Assembly (NCBI RefSeq): GCF_034675685.1 | Contig: NZ_JAUCDA010000013.1 | Coordinates: 111,693-175,692 of the forward strand | Length of the DNA stretch: 64,000 nt | Source: Pseudorhodobacter sp. | GTDB taxonomy: Bacteria; Pseudomonadota; Alphaproteobacteria; Rhodobacterales; Rhodobacteraceae | Reading direction: 5' to 3' | Part shown: positions 10,847-21,293 of the stretch, in pieces | Numbering within the stretch: position 1 is the stretch's first letter | Layout: each line of letters begins with the position of its first letter | Translations under genes and position numbers: made by a program | The notes under the pieces: generated by a model | Told to the model about the DNA's origin: nothing | What the model saw: only the letters and a program-made list of their open reading frames with translations | Databases searched by the model: none

Positions 10847-10959
10847 AGCGTTGGCCTTTCAGGTCTTTGGTACAGTCTGCCAATGCGGGCGGGCAGTGGT
10901 CTGCCCGTGATGCGACCGATTGCAACGGTTAAGCGGTGCTGGGTATCAGCAAAGATGCA

Positions 10960-11988
10960 TCACCGTAAGAGAAGAAATCTATACTCTTTCGTGACCGCAT
11001 GCGCATAGGCTTGTTTCATCTGCTCTTGCCCCATCAAGGCCGCAACCAACATCAAAAGAGTTGATTTTGGCAGATGGAAATTGGTCATCAGCGCATCGGT
11101 GGTTTTGAATTGAAAGCCGGGATAGATAAAGATGTCAGTCTCACCTATCCAGGGCTCCACTTTGCCGGTGGCGCGGGCAGCCGATTTGATCAGGCGAAGC
11201 GCAGTGGTGCCAACGGGAATGATACGCCCGCCAGCGGCGCGGGCGGCGGCGATCTCGGCCGCCGCACGGGGGGTCACCTCGCCCCATTCGGCGTGCATTT
11301 TATGCGTGGTCACATCTTCGACCTTGACCGGCAGGAAAGTGCCCGCGCCAACGTGCAGCGTCACTTCGGTCGTGTCTACCCCCATAGCAGCAAGTTGCGC
11401 CAACAGATCCGCGTCGAAATGCAACGAGGCGGTCGGGGCTGCGACAGCGCCGGGGGTGCGGGCAAAGACGGTTTGATAATCGTCATTGTCTTGCGCATCG
11501 GGCGCACGTTTGGCGGCAATATAGGGCGGCAAGGGCATAGTACCCGCAGCAAGCAAGGCCGCCTCGAACCCGGCGCCATCAACATTGAACACCAGCCGCA
11601 GGTCGCTGTCGGATTTCTCGGCCACGGTTGCTGTCAGCCCCCCCTTGAACCGGATCTCCTCACCCGGCACCAGCTTGCGCAGGGGTTTGGCCAGGGCGCG
11701 CCAGCCGCCTTGCGCCTGCGGCTCCATCAGGGTGATCTCTATTTTGGCCGAAACCGGGCCTTGCGCGCTGTTGCGATGGCGGTTGCCGATAAGGCGCGCC
11801 GGGATAACGCGGGTGTTGTTCAGCACCAGACGGTCGCCTTTGCGCAACAGGCCGGGCAGGTCACAGACATGCTGATCACGCAGCACATTCCCTTCCACCA
11901 CCAGCATCCGCGCCGAAGGGCGCGGGCGCACGGGCCGGGTGGCGATAAGCGTTTCAGGCAGATCAAAGTCGAAATCATCAAGCTTCAC
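10960..11988 (-). CDS. queA: S-adenosylmethionine:tRNA ribosyltransferase-isomerase
   Basis: 342 aa. N-terminus [23 protein letters not shown] and C-terminal [10 protein letters not shown]... are QueA-typical. The start overlaps the stop of the upstream gene (11985-11988). Confidence 0.92.
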   Translation of the reverse strand: MKLDDFDFDLPETLIATRPVRPRPSARMLVVEGNVLRDQHVCDLPGLLRKGDRLVLNNTRVIPARLIGNRHRNSAQGPVSAKIEITLMEPQAQGGWRALAKPLRKLVPGEEIRFKGGLTATVAEKSDSDLRLVFNVDGAGFEAALLAAGTMPLPPYIAAKRAPDAQDNDDYQTVFARTPGAVAAPTASLHFDADLLAQLAAMGVDTTEVTLHVGAGTFLPVKVEDVTTHKMHAEWGEVTPRAAAEIAAARAAGGRIIPVGTTALRLIKSAARATGKVEPWIGETDIFIYPGFQFKTTDALMTNFHLPKSTLLMLVAALMGQEQMKQAYAHAVTKEYRFLLLR

Positions 11989-14900
11989 TCGGTCGGCTCC
12001 AGTTTGGGGGGCGGGCTGCGGAATATTTCGCGGAACATGCCGGGCGTAAGGATGGATAGCGGATTGACAGAGACGCTCGGCTCTTTGGCGGTGCCTTTTA
12101 TCTTGTAGTTGAAGCCAAACAACCCCTCACCCTTGCGGGTAAAAATCGCGCCAAGCCCGTTCAGCAGATAGATCGGGGAAACGACCCCCTGTAAATCCAG
12201 CCGCCCGCCGTTAAAGACATAAAGCCCCGACAGGGACACACCAAGCGATGCACCGATGGCAGAGGCTTGGGTGATTTGAACGGCGCGCGGGCCAAGGCGG
12301 AATCGGGCCTCGGTTTCGCTGAACAACAAGCCGGTGCCGTTCAACTGTTCCAGCAACCCCACGACCGAGATTGCGTTGATCAACTCGGCCAGCGCGGGCG
12401 CTTTGCGAATGCGGATATTGCGCATGGTCAAGGCGCCGTCAAAGGTGCCTTTGGCCCCGGTCGGGTTCAAGACAAGGTCCATGCTGCCGCCCTGGGCATT
12501 TGGAAACACCCCCGCCGCCGAAAAGACAGCGCCCGCGTCGTCTGATCTCAGGCGCAAGGCACTGCCTTTGGGCGTGGGCGCAAGGCTGCCCTTGATGGCC
12601 ACCTGGCCGTTGACCCGCCCGGTGAAATCGCCTGAAATCCCGCTGGCGCTGGGGGTCAGGGTGCTGCGAAACGCGGTCAGGGCAAGCCCTTGGGTGACGG
12701 TCAGCCTGTCCAGGCTCAGGGTGATCGGCCCCCCTGATGCAGCGCCAACCGAGGCGCTGCGGCTGGGCAGGCCGCGCAGGTCTGCGCTGCCGCCGGTTAC
12801 GGCCAGCGATGGCGCGCGGCCTTTGCCCCGCCCGGTCAGCGTGGCGCTGGCATTCAGCCAATTGTCCAGACGCACAGATGAAAATCGCGCCACATCCAGC
12901 CCGCCGTCGCCGGTCAGGCCAAGGCTGCCCGTGGCGCGCAGGCCTGCGGCCTCCAGTGTGATCCGGTCCACCGAGGCGGGTGTTCCCAACGTGATATCCA
13001 AGGCCAACTGCCCCTTGCTGCTGGCAGCTTTGGTCCAGCCAAGCGCGGCGATGCCCATCGACACCCCACAAGATCAGAGCGCAGGCGCAGCACCGGGCTT
13101 TGCCCCTGATGCAGATCAACCGCCACCGATACCGTCCCCCGCCCCGAAATCAACCCATCCGGCAAGGCAATACCCAGGTTTTCGGCAGCTTTCGGGCTAA
13201 GCTCGGCGTTGCCCTGAATTTTGGAGATGCCGATGAATTCGGGGCCGAAAGTTTTGGTGAAACTGCCGTCAAAGGGCACGTCTTGCAAAGTGCCTTTGCC
13301 TGCAATCTCCAGGCCTGCGGGGGTGACACGCAGGTTCAGCCGATCCGCCCGCAGCGGCCGCCCCGGCACCAGACGGTCCGATGAAAAGCCGGTAATCTTG
13401 CCGGCCACATCGAAATCGACATCCTGAATTTTGACGCCTTTGCGCAAAGGCGTGTGAATAGTGGCGATCACATCGGCACGGCCCTGCCCCAAGTCGATCG
13501 GCAACTTTGCCTTTTTCAGAAACTCAAAGGGTTTTTCATCCAGCACAGACAGCGCCGAGGTGACATCACCGACCACCTTCAGGTCAATCCGGGCCTGAGC
13601 CGGTTTTTGCGTCACATCCGCAACGGCAAACACCGACCCCGCCGCATCAATCATGCCGCCGGATTTGGCGGTCACATGCCCCTGCTCCAACACCATCGTA
13701 TAGGATTTGCCATCAATCACCGAATATCCACGCCCGCCCTCGATCGGTGGCAGCGTTTTCAAAAACCGCACATCGGCCCCCGAAAAGTCATACCCCAGCG
13801 AAAACACGGTCTCGGTGCCGGGGGCAAGGCGAAACCCGGCGCGGACATTGGACAGGCTGCCATCCTGCACATTTTCGCGCACCCAAAGCCGGGTTTTGGG
13901 CACCACTTGCGGCGGCCAAAGCGCCAGCAGGCGGTTGTGGGGAATCCGGTCCAATTGGGCATTCACCGCGACCGACCACCCATTCGGCCCCGCCTCCACT
14001 TGCCCCGAGGCCTGCAAATGCTGGTCCTCATGGGTCAGGGTTGCTTGCCCGATATCAAGGCCAAACGGCGCCAGCCGCACCCGGAAATCCACAGCGCCCT
14101 GTTCAAAGGTGACGGGTGCATCCAGCAGGCCCTCTGGGTCCAGATGCAGGCTGTCTACCTGAATCTGGGCCAGAATCTCTTGTGGGATCTGGCTTGCTAC
14201 CCCCGGCAGATAGGCGTGGCCCGACGCGTGAAGCGTTAGATCCTTGCTGGTTACGGTCGCTTCATTCAGGTCCAGTCGTTCGCGCGCCGGATCAAAGGAA
14301 AAGAACAGCGACGCCCCCTCAAACGGCACTGGCTTGGTTTGCGGCGTTGGGCGCAGGGCCCCCTTGTCAAGCGTCAGCGAGGCATCAAGCGATGCCAGCG
14401 CCCCAAACCGGTCCAGACTTGAGGCGATTTGCCCCGAAATCGGGGCATCCAGAACCGCCAGCCACGCCAAAGGCGCGGCCTGGGTGGCAATATCGGCCGC
14501 AGCAACCCGGTCCACCGCCAAGGTCATGCGGGCACTGGCATCCGATTTTGCGGCGATCAGGGTGATCTGAGCCGCAGCACTGGTCTGGCCGCCATTCACC
14601 GAAACCCCAAGTTCCAGCGCCAGTTCATCATCACGGTTCGCCAAAACCAGGCGACCATCGCCAAATTCCCAGACCCGGTTCAGCATGCGGTCATCAACCG
14701 TCACGCTCAGCGCCTGTGCCTCTACCCGCCGCAAATAGGCCAGGGCCGGAAGTTCGGACAGGGCCACAAGGGTTGAAACAAGGCCCGACAGGCCAACAAT
14801 CGGCCTGGGCTTCATGTTCATATTCAGCGCGATATGAAATTGCCCATCCGCCAATCGACGCAGGTTCATCGTGCCGCCGATCAGACGCAGGCTGCGCAGG

Positions 14901-15530
14901 CGGATCTTGCCCTGCGCCAGCGCCGTGGGGTCAATCGCCACGCGCAGCTCCGGCAAGGACAGGAAACTGGCTCCATCGGCCTCCAACAGCCGCACATCCT
15001 CCAACCGCAAACGTGGCACCCAATCTTCATCAACCACAAAAACCGCGCCGCCGATAGACAGGGCGGCGGCATTGCCGGTGATCTCACGCAGGGTGGCGTT
15101 GATGCGCGATTTCGGCCTCGACCACCGCCCAAACCGGCAGGCGCAGCAACTTGCCCGACAGGGCCAGCCCGGCGAAAAGCCCCCCCAGCGCCAGAAAGAT
15201 CAGGGTCGGGATCAGCCAGAACGTGCCCCGGCGGTGGCGGCGGTGATAGCGGCGAATACGGTGCGGCCTTGGGCGGGCGCGATCTTGGGCATGCGGCGGC
15301 TCGGGGGCGTCCGGTGGTCCGTTGAACGCAAGTTTCGCCGCCAGAAAATCGGGACTGTCGGGGTTTGTCAGGTCAGGCAGTGGCAGATTGGCCGCGCCTG
15401 GCGTTGCCGGATAGAACTGCGCCCCCTCGGGGCCAGCATCCGGCGCAGCCACGACCTTGCCCGACGCTGGCTGCGCCTCAGACTCGTCAAGGCTCAGTCG
15501 CCCGTCAAGATCCGGTTTCGGACCCGCCAT
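11985..15530 (-). pseudogene. large AsmA/YhdP-like (DUF3971-type) envelope protein, two frameshifts
   Basis: Three co-linear ORFs make up the gene. ORF 15084-15692 probably starts at ATG 15530 (MAGPKPDLDG...) and carries a single TM helix FWLIPTLIFLALGGLFAGLAL. ORF 12914-15037 is the middle part. ORF 11985-13064 is the C-terminal part (...[32 protein letters not shown]). The joins lie near 15104-15112 (...VVEAE.|RINATLREITG...) and at the C4 run 13054-13057 (...LRLRSDLVG|VSMGIAALGW...). The family call is by architecture and C-terminal motif only. Confidence 0.6.
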
Positions 15531-15630
15531 TACAATGCTACCCTTTCCCCTGTTGCCCTTGGGGGGATTGCCCCTATCTTTGCGCAAAGGCAACCAAAAG
15601 ACAAAGCACGGCTTTGCGAAGAGGAGAGAG

Positions 15631-16095
15631 ATGATGCCCGACATCGGCGAAATGGCGCCCGACTTCACCCTGCCCCGCGATGGGGGCAGCACAATAACCC
15701 TGTCAGCGCTGCGGCCGGGCCGGGCGGTTGTGTATTTCTATCCCAAGGATGATACCAGCGGTTGCACGGTCGAGGCCAAGGAATTCACCATGATGGCTGC
15801 CGATTTCGCGGCCATTGGTGTAACCGTGATCGGCATTTCCAAAGATAGCGTTAAATCGCATGATAAATTTCTGGCCAAACACGAACTGGCTGTGATCCTC
15901 GCCTCGGATGAGACGGGGCAGACCTGCGAGGACTACGGTGTCTGGGTAGAAAAGCAGATGTATGGCAAGACCTATATGGGGATTGAGCGGGCGACATTTC
16001 TGATCGGCGGCGATGGCCGGATCACGCAAAGCTGGCGCAAAGTCAAGACCAAGGGCCATGCCGAGGCGGTTTTACAGGCGGCCCAGGGCACATGA
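15631..16095 (+). CDS. bcp: thioredoxin-dependent peroxiredoxin Bcp
   Basis: ATGATG at 15631 is preceded by GAGGAGAG. The product carries MMPDIGEMAPDFTL... and the peroxidatic Cys motif FYPKDDTSGCT. Confidence 0.9.
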   Translation: MMPDIGEMAPDFTLPRDGGSTITLSALRPGRAVVYFYPKDDTSGCTVEAKEFTMMAADFAAIGVTVIGISKDSVKSHDKFLAKHELAVILASDETGQTCEDYGVWVEKQMYGKTYMGIERATFLIGGDGRITQSWRKVKTKGHAEAVLQAAQGT

Positions 16096-16961
16096 CACAA
16101 AACCTGCCCGAAAATCCGAGTTCCGATAAAACCTTGGCCGATATGGCGGTAGAGGTATTGCGCACCGCAGATGGGCGCGCAAAAACCGCACTTGGGCGCA
16201 AACACGCAGCAACCTGGCTTGCGGCACGCGCAGCGGGCAGCGCCTTGCCCATCGGCACGGCGGCCCCGCCGATGCGCCCTGCCCGGCCAGATGCGCCTGC
16301 ACTTTTGCCACCGCGTGACATGCCGCGCCGCCGCCCCGGATCGCCAACCGGGCGCCTCGCCTTGCTGCATGCCGTGGCCCATATCGAGTTGAACGCGGTT
16401 GATCTGCATTGGGACATCATCGCGCGCTTTACCGATGTGCCGATGCCGCTGGGCTTTTACGATGACTGGGTGCGCGCCGCCGATGATGAGGCCAAACATT
16501 TCAACCTGATGTGCGATTGTCTGGAAGGGTTGGGCAGCCATTACGGCGCTTTGCCCGCGCATGCAGGCATGTGGCGCGCGGCCGAAGACACGGTGGATGA
16601 CCTGTTTGGTCGCCTTGCCGTGGTGCCGATGGTGTTGGAGGCGCGCGGCCTTGATGTAACACCGGGGATGATAGAGGTTTTTGAAAAAGCTGGCGAGGCC
16701 GCACCGATTGCGGCGCTGAAAACGATCTATGCCGAAGAGGTAAGCCATGTCGCCTATGGTTCAAAATGGTTCAACTGGCTGTGCGGCCGTGACGGGCTTG
16801 ACCCAAAAGAGGCGTTTCATACCCTGGTGCGGCGCTATTTTCACGGCACCCTAAAGCCACCGTTCAATGAGGAAAAACGTGCCGAGGCAGGCCTTCCACC
16901 CGATTTCTATTGGCCGTTGACCGAACCTGCCCCGGATGAGGCGCCACCGCAAAGCGCCTGA
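16092..16961 (+). CDS. ferritin-like DUF455 family protein
   Basis: 289 aa with metal-ligand-like blocks LLHAVAHIELNAVDL and DDEAKHFNLM. The start overlaps the bcp stop (ATGA 16092-16095). Confidence 0.75.
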   Translation: MTQNLPENPSSDKTLADMAVEVLRTADGRAKTALGRKHAATWLAARAAGSALPIGTAAPPMRPARPDAPALLPPRDMPRRRPGSPTGRLALLHAVAHIELNAVDLHWDIIARFTDVPMPLGFYDDWVRAADDEAKHFNLMCDCLEGLGSHYGALPAHAGMWRAAEDTVDDLFGRLAVVPMVLEARGLDVTPGMIEVFEKAGEAAPIAALKTIYAEEVSHVAYGSKWFNWLCGRDGLDPKEAFHTLVRRYFHGTLKPPFNEEKRAEAGLPPDFYWPLTEPAPDEAPPQSA

Positions 16962-16974
16962 GGTTTCGGCGGTT

Positions 16975-17005
16975 TTATGCCTGTTTTTCGCCAAAACAGG
17001 CATAA
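16975..17005. terminator. strong hairpin downstream of the DUF455 gene
   Basis: 13-bp perfect arms TTATGCCTGTTTT / AAAACAGGCATAA with a 5-nt loop. No clear T tract follows, so terminator function is uncertain. Confidence 0.4.
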
Positions 17006-17091
17006 ACCGGGTCGCTGCGGTCAATCTGGTTGCGCCTTGGGGCTTGGGTTTGTATCCAACTCCCTGACGCAACGCCCCGAACGACCTTTGG

Positions 17092-18471
17092 GTGCTTGCA
17101 TTTCTGGCCAACAAAAGCGGAACCTGTTCAGTGCTGAAACGACTGTCTTATCGGATCAATGGGGTTGTCGGACGCTATTTCCCCGAGCAACGGCTGTTTT
17201 TGAAATCTGATAATGATACCCGGTTCATTCGACTTGCACCGATGACTCAGGCGGTGGCGGTTTCGGGGGCGGCGCTGTTTTTGGGTTGGACGATTCTGGC
17301 AACATCCATTCTTTTGATTGAATTGATCTCGGCCGGATCGGGGCGCGACCAGGCACAACGCCAGCAAGTCTTGTATGAGGCGCGTCTGAACGCGCTTTCG
17401 GCCGACCGCGATTTGCGGGCAGAGGAAGCGGCGCGCGCACAAGAGCGTTTCAACCTTGCGCTGAAAGAAGTCAGCGAAATGCAAGGCAGGCTGCTGGCCT
17501 CAGAGGATGGCCGCCGCGAATTGGAAACCGGGGTTGATGTGATTCAAAGCACACTGCGCCGCACGATTAAAGAGCGTGATGAGGCGCGGACAGAAAAAAC
17601 CATGCTGACCGCCTCGCTGCAGGCGGAAACCGGATCGGGGCGCACGGGTGAAAGCCGGGCGCGGGATGCCTCGTCGACTGTGGAAATTCTGGCCGAGGCT
17701 TTGGCAGGCATCGCTGAACAGCGCGACAGCATCGCCATGGTTGCCATGGCCGCCAAGGATGAAACCGATGCCATTGCCGCCCAGAAACGCGCGCTGGAAA
17801 CCAAGAACGACGTGATTTTCGCCAAGCTGGAAGAAGCCGTGACCATTTCGATGGAGCCACTGGACAAGATGTTCCGCTCGGCTGGCATGTCGCCCGATGA
17901 CTTGCTGAAATCGGTTCGCCGTGGCTATTCGGGGCAAGGTGGGCCGCTTACGCCCTTCTCACTGTCAACCAAGGGTGAGACGCTCAGCAATGATGAAATC
18001 CGGGCCAATGCGATTTTGCAGGGGCTTGACCGCATGAACCTGTATCGCCTTGCCGCCGCCAAATCACCCTTTGCGATTCCGATCAAATCGGCGTTCCGCT
18101 TCACCTCGGGGTTTGGCTATCGCCGTGACCCCAAGGGGGCAGGCACGCGCATGCATGCCGGCACCGATTTCGCCGGGGCCTATGGCACACCGATTTATGC
18201 GACCGCTGACGGTGTTGTGACCTATGCGGGATGGAATTCCGGCTATGGTCGGCAAGTAAAGATTTAACATGAGTTCGGAATTGAGACAAGCTACGCCCAC
18301 CAATCAAATATCCGCGTAAAAGTCGGACAAAGGGTATCGCGTGGCGATCGTATCGGTGATATGGGGAACTCAGGCCGGTCTACCGGCACTCATCTTCACT
18401 ACGAGGTTCGGATCGGGGGCAAACCTGTTAACCCGATGACCTTTATCAAGGCAGCGACAGATGTTTTCTAA
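17092..18471 (+). pseudogene. LmdC-like membrane-anchored M23 metallopeptidase with an in-frame TAA
   Basis: N-terminal tail, TM helix [23 protein letters not shown], a long coiled-coil region, then an M23 domain. HAGTDFAG (HxxxD) lies before the TAA at 18265-18267. The same frame continues HEFGIETSYAH...GNSGRSTGTHLHYEVRIGG (HxH) to the TAA at 18469-18471. The exact start is uncertain. Confidence 0.85.
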
Positions 18472-19003
18472 AAGCAAAATCAACGAACCCGGCCCAAAGG
18501 CCGATGCAGACAAAACCCGGCCACCAGAGCCGACCGCAAGAGGCTCTATGGAATTCACGTCTTCTACGCCCAAAGCCAAGCCTGCGGCGTCGGTGCTTTC
18601 GTCAGATTTGACGATCACAGGCAATCTGCGCACCACAGGCGATATTCAGGTTGAAGGCACGGTTGAAGGCGATATCCGGGCGCATTTGCTGACCGTTGGC
18701 GAAACCGCCACGATCCGCGGTGAAATTGTAGCGGATGATATTGTGGTCAATGGCCGCGTTATTGGCCGCGTGCGTGGCCTCAAGGTGCGCCTGACATCGA
18801 CGGCACGGGTTGAGGGTGACATCATCCACAAGACCATCGCCATCGAATTGGGTGCGCATTTTGAAGGCTCGGTACAGCGCCAGGATGACCCCTTGGCCAC
18901 CGGCAGGGCAAACGCCGCGGCCGCCGTGGCGAATCCTGCGCCTGCCACGGGCACATCTGCGGCCTCTGCTGCGGCAGCCAAACCCGCCAGCAGCAACAAC
19001 TGA
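18461..19003 (+). CDS. bactofilin
   Basis: 180 aa. The central DUF583 beta-helix repeat pattern reads LTITGNLRTTGDIQVEGTVEGDIRAHLLTVGETATIRGEIVADDIVVNGRVIGRV.... Termini are disordered. The ATG overlaps the end of the M23 gene by 11 nt. Confidence 0.88.
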   Translation: MFSKSKINEPGPKADADKTRPPEPTARGSMEFTSSTPKAKPAASVLSSDLTITGNLRTTGDIQVEGTVEGDIRAHLLTVGETATIRGEIVADDIVVNGRVIGRVRGLKVRLTSTARVEGDIIHKTIAIELGAHFEGSVQRQDDPLATGRANAAAAVANPAPATGTSAASAAAAKPASSNN

Positions 19004-19028
19004 AACCAACCCGACATCAGGGTTACAT

Positions 19029-19064
19029 GAAAATGGGCACCCGATCGGGTGCCCATTTTTGTTT
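19029..19064. terminator. rho-independent terminator (bidirectional) after bactofilin
   Basis: AAATGGGCACCC-GATC-GGGTGCCCATTT perfect 12-bp stem followed by TTGTTT. It is A-rich on the other side, which would serve the convergent gene. Confidence 0.85.
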
Positions 19065-19078
19065 GACAGGCTGCTGAC

Positions 19079-19855
19079 TTACTCTTCCAAAGCGCGGCGG
19101 TAAAGGTGCCACGAGGCATGCCCAAGCAACGGCAAGCTGACAAACAAGCCAAAAAACCCAAGCGCTATGCCCGCAAATAGCAAAACCGCAATCAGCCCCC
19201 CCCAGATCAGCATGATCTTCGGATTTCGCAGTACCACGGACACCGATGTAATCATCGCGGTTACAAAATCAATTTCGCGGTCCAAAAGCAGCGGCAGGCT
19301 GACCACCATCAACGAAAACAACACGCCCGAAAATATCGCACCAATCACGGTGCCGATAAACAGCATCGTCAGCCCATTCCCTGTCAGAAACACTTCGAAG
19401 GAACTGCTGATGTTGGTCATCGCCTGAAGCCCAAGAAACAGCGCAAAGATCATATGCGCCAGAAAGTTCCAGAACAGAAAAAACACGACAACCACCGCCG
19501 CGATTGAGGGAATCTGCCGATCTTTTTGCCGCAAGATCACGCCCAGAATACCCGGCCAATCAAGCGGCTGGCCGGTTTCCCGTCTGCGGCTGACCTCATA
19601 CAGACCGCAGGCGATGAACGGCCCAAGGATGGGGAAACCGGCAGCAGCCGGCAAACTCCACCATATTTGTCCGGTTGCCGTCAGCGCGTAGACAATCAGC
19701 CAACCGCCGGCGATATAAACCGCTGCAAAGAACAGCCCGAATTGAGGCGCTGCGCGAAAGTCGCCCCAGCCCGCGGCCAGCGCTGCCCGCAGGTCGCCCA
19801 GCTCCAGTATCAAGACTTCAGGCTTTTTGGCGCTTTGCACCGCATGATGAGACAT
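19079..19855 (-). CDS. DUF2189 integral membrane protein
   Basis: 258 aa, multi-TM, conserved GPFIACGLYEVSRRRE block. Confidence 0.75.
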   Translation of the reverse strand: MSHHAVQSAKKPEVLILELGDLRAALAAGWGDFRAAPQFGLFFAAVYIAGGWLIVYALTATGQIWWSLPAAAGFPILGPFIACGLYEVSRRRETGQPLDWPGILGVILRQKDRQIPSIAAVVVVFFLFWNFLAHMIFALFLGLQAMTNISSSFEVFLTGNGLTMLFIGTVIGAIFSGVLFSLMVVSLPLLLDREIDFVTAMITSVSVVLRNPKIMLIWGGLIAVLLFAGIALGFFGLFVSLPLLGHASWHLYRRALEE

Positions 19856-20040
19856 CGACCGCTCCCTCTCTGGTTTGGCTAAAGCCTAACGATCAAGGGG
19901 GCAGCCTAAAAGCTGAATTTTAGGCATCGGGTTTAAACAGGGCCGTTGGCCCTGATCTACTGCGATCCTGCAGCGTTTCGGCAAAAAAATCCGAAGCGCC
20001 AGGGCGATCAACGATTGGAACAGGTCTTTCCCGAAACGCT

Positions 20041-21168
20041 TCAGTCGCCTGAATTTGCCTCGGCGCGTGATTTACCGACGACATCCATCGCCAGCGTTGC
20101 GGCCATGAATTTATCAAGGTCGCCGTCCAGCACCCCTTGGGTATCCGAGGTTTCAACGCTGGTGCGCAGGTCTTTGACCATCTGATATGGCTGCAACACA
20201 TAGGACCGGATCTGGTTGCCCCAGCCCGCATCGCCCTTGTTTTCATGGGCGGCGTTGATGGCCGCGTTGCGTTTGTCCAGCTCCATCTGATACAGCCGCG
20301 AGCGCAGCGCGTTCATCGCGACTTCACGGTTCTGGTGCTGTGATTTCATTGACGAGGTTACAACGATATTGGTCGGCAAGTGGGTGATGCGCACCGCCGA
20401 GTTGGTGGTGTTGACGTGCTGGCCACCCGCACCCGATGACCGATAGGTATCAATCCGGATATCACGATCGGGGATATCAATTTCGATATTATCATCTACC
20501 ACCGGATAGACCCAAACCGAAGAAAATGAGGTGTGCCGCCGCGCGGCGCTGTCAAACGGGCTGATGCGCACCAGCCGATGCACGCCCGATTCGGACTTCA
20601 GCCACCCATAGGCATTGGCACCGGAAATCTTGTAGGTGGCGGATTTGATGCCAGCCTCTTCGCCATCGGTCATGGATTGCAGCTCGACCTTATAGCCTTT
20701 TTTCTCGGCCCAACGCACATACATCCGCGCAAGGATCGCAGCCCAATCACAGCTTTCCGTTCCACCCGCGCCGGAATGGACCTCGAGGAAAGTATCATTG
20801 CCATCGGCCTCGCCGTTCAGCAGCGCCTCCAACTCCTTGTTGCGGGCAACAAGCAACAACTCTTTCAGCGCATCTTCCGCCTCGGTCACGATATCGGCGT
20901 CATCCTCGGCCTCGCCCATCTCGATAAGTTCAACATTGTCAGACAGGCCGGTTTCAATCAGCTTATAGGTGGAAAGCTGGTCCAGAACGGCCTGGCGTTC
21001 GCGCATCAGCTTTTGCGCTTTGGCCGGGTCATTCCACAGCTCTGGATCTTCGATCATCGCGTTGAATTCTTCCAACCGATGCGGTGCGGTTTCAAGATCC
21101 ATGCGCTGCGCCAGCAGCGTCAGCGATTTGCGGATCTTTTCCACATTGGACTGGGTTTCGGCGCGCAT
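20041..21168 (-). CDS. prfB: peptide chain release factor 2
   Basis: 375 aa with the SPF tripeptide ([15 protein letters not shown]) and GGQ motif (SGAGGQHVN). The ORF is uninterrupted. Confidence 0.95.
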   Translation of the reverse strand: MRAETQSNVEKIRKSLTLLAQRMDLETAPHRLEEFNAMIEDPELWNDPAKAQKLMRERQAVLDQLSTYKLIETGLSDNVELIEMGEAEDDADIVTEAEDALKELLLVARNKELEALLNGEADGNDTFLEVHSGAGGTESCDWAAILARMYVRWAEKKGYKVELQSMTDGEEAGIKSATYKISGANAYGWLKSESGVHRLVRISPFDSAARRHTSFSSVWVYPVVDDNIEIDIPDRDIRIDTYRSSGAGGQHVNTTNSAVRITHLPTNIVVTSSMKSQHQNREVAMNALRSRLYQMELDKRNAAINAAHENKGDAGWGNQIRSYVLQPYQMVKDLRTSVETSDTQGVLDGDLDKFMAATLAMDVVGKSRAEANSGD

Positions 21169-21293
21169 GAGGGTACTTCCTTGAAGGCGGGATCAGGGCT
21201 GCGTGATAACGGTTTGGCCCGCATTGGGCAAGGGTGCGTGCTGTGGCATGGGCGGCAGGCCCGCCACTTTGCCCCCAAGTCAGGCGTGGCAGG

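Noticed and set aside
18265-18267. Recoding (selenocysteine or readthrough) at the in-frame stop of the M23 peptidase, prompted by the selD gene in the window
   Set aside because: The codon is TAA, not TGA. No SECIS-like hairpin follows. M23 peptidases have no Cys or Sec at this position.
20041-21168. Programmed +1 frameshift in prfB
   Set aside because: The RF2 ORF is continuous from ATG to stop (…[17 protein letters not shown]…). There is no early in-frame TGA or CTT-TGA slippery site, so this copy does not use the autoregulatory frameshift.
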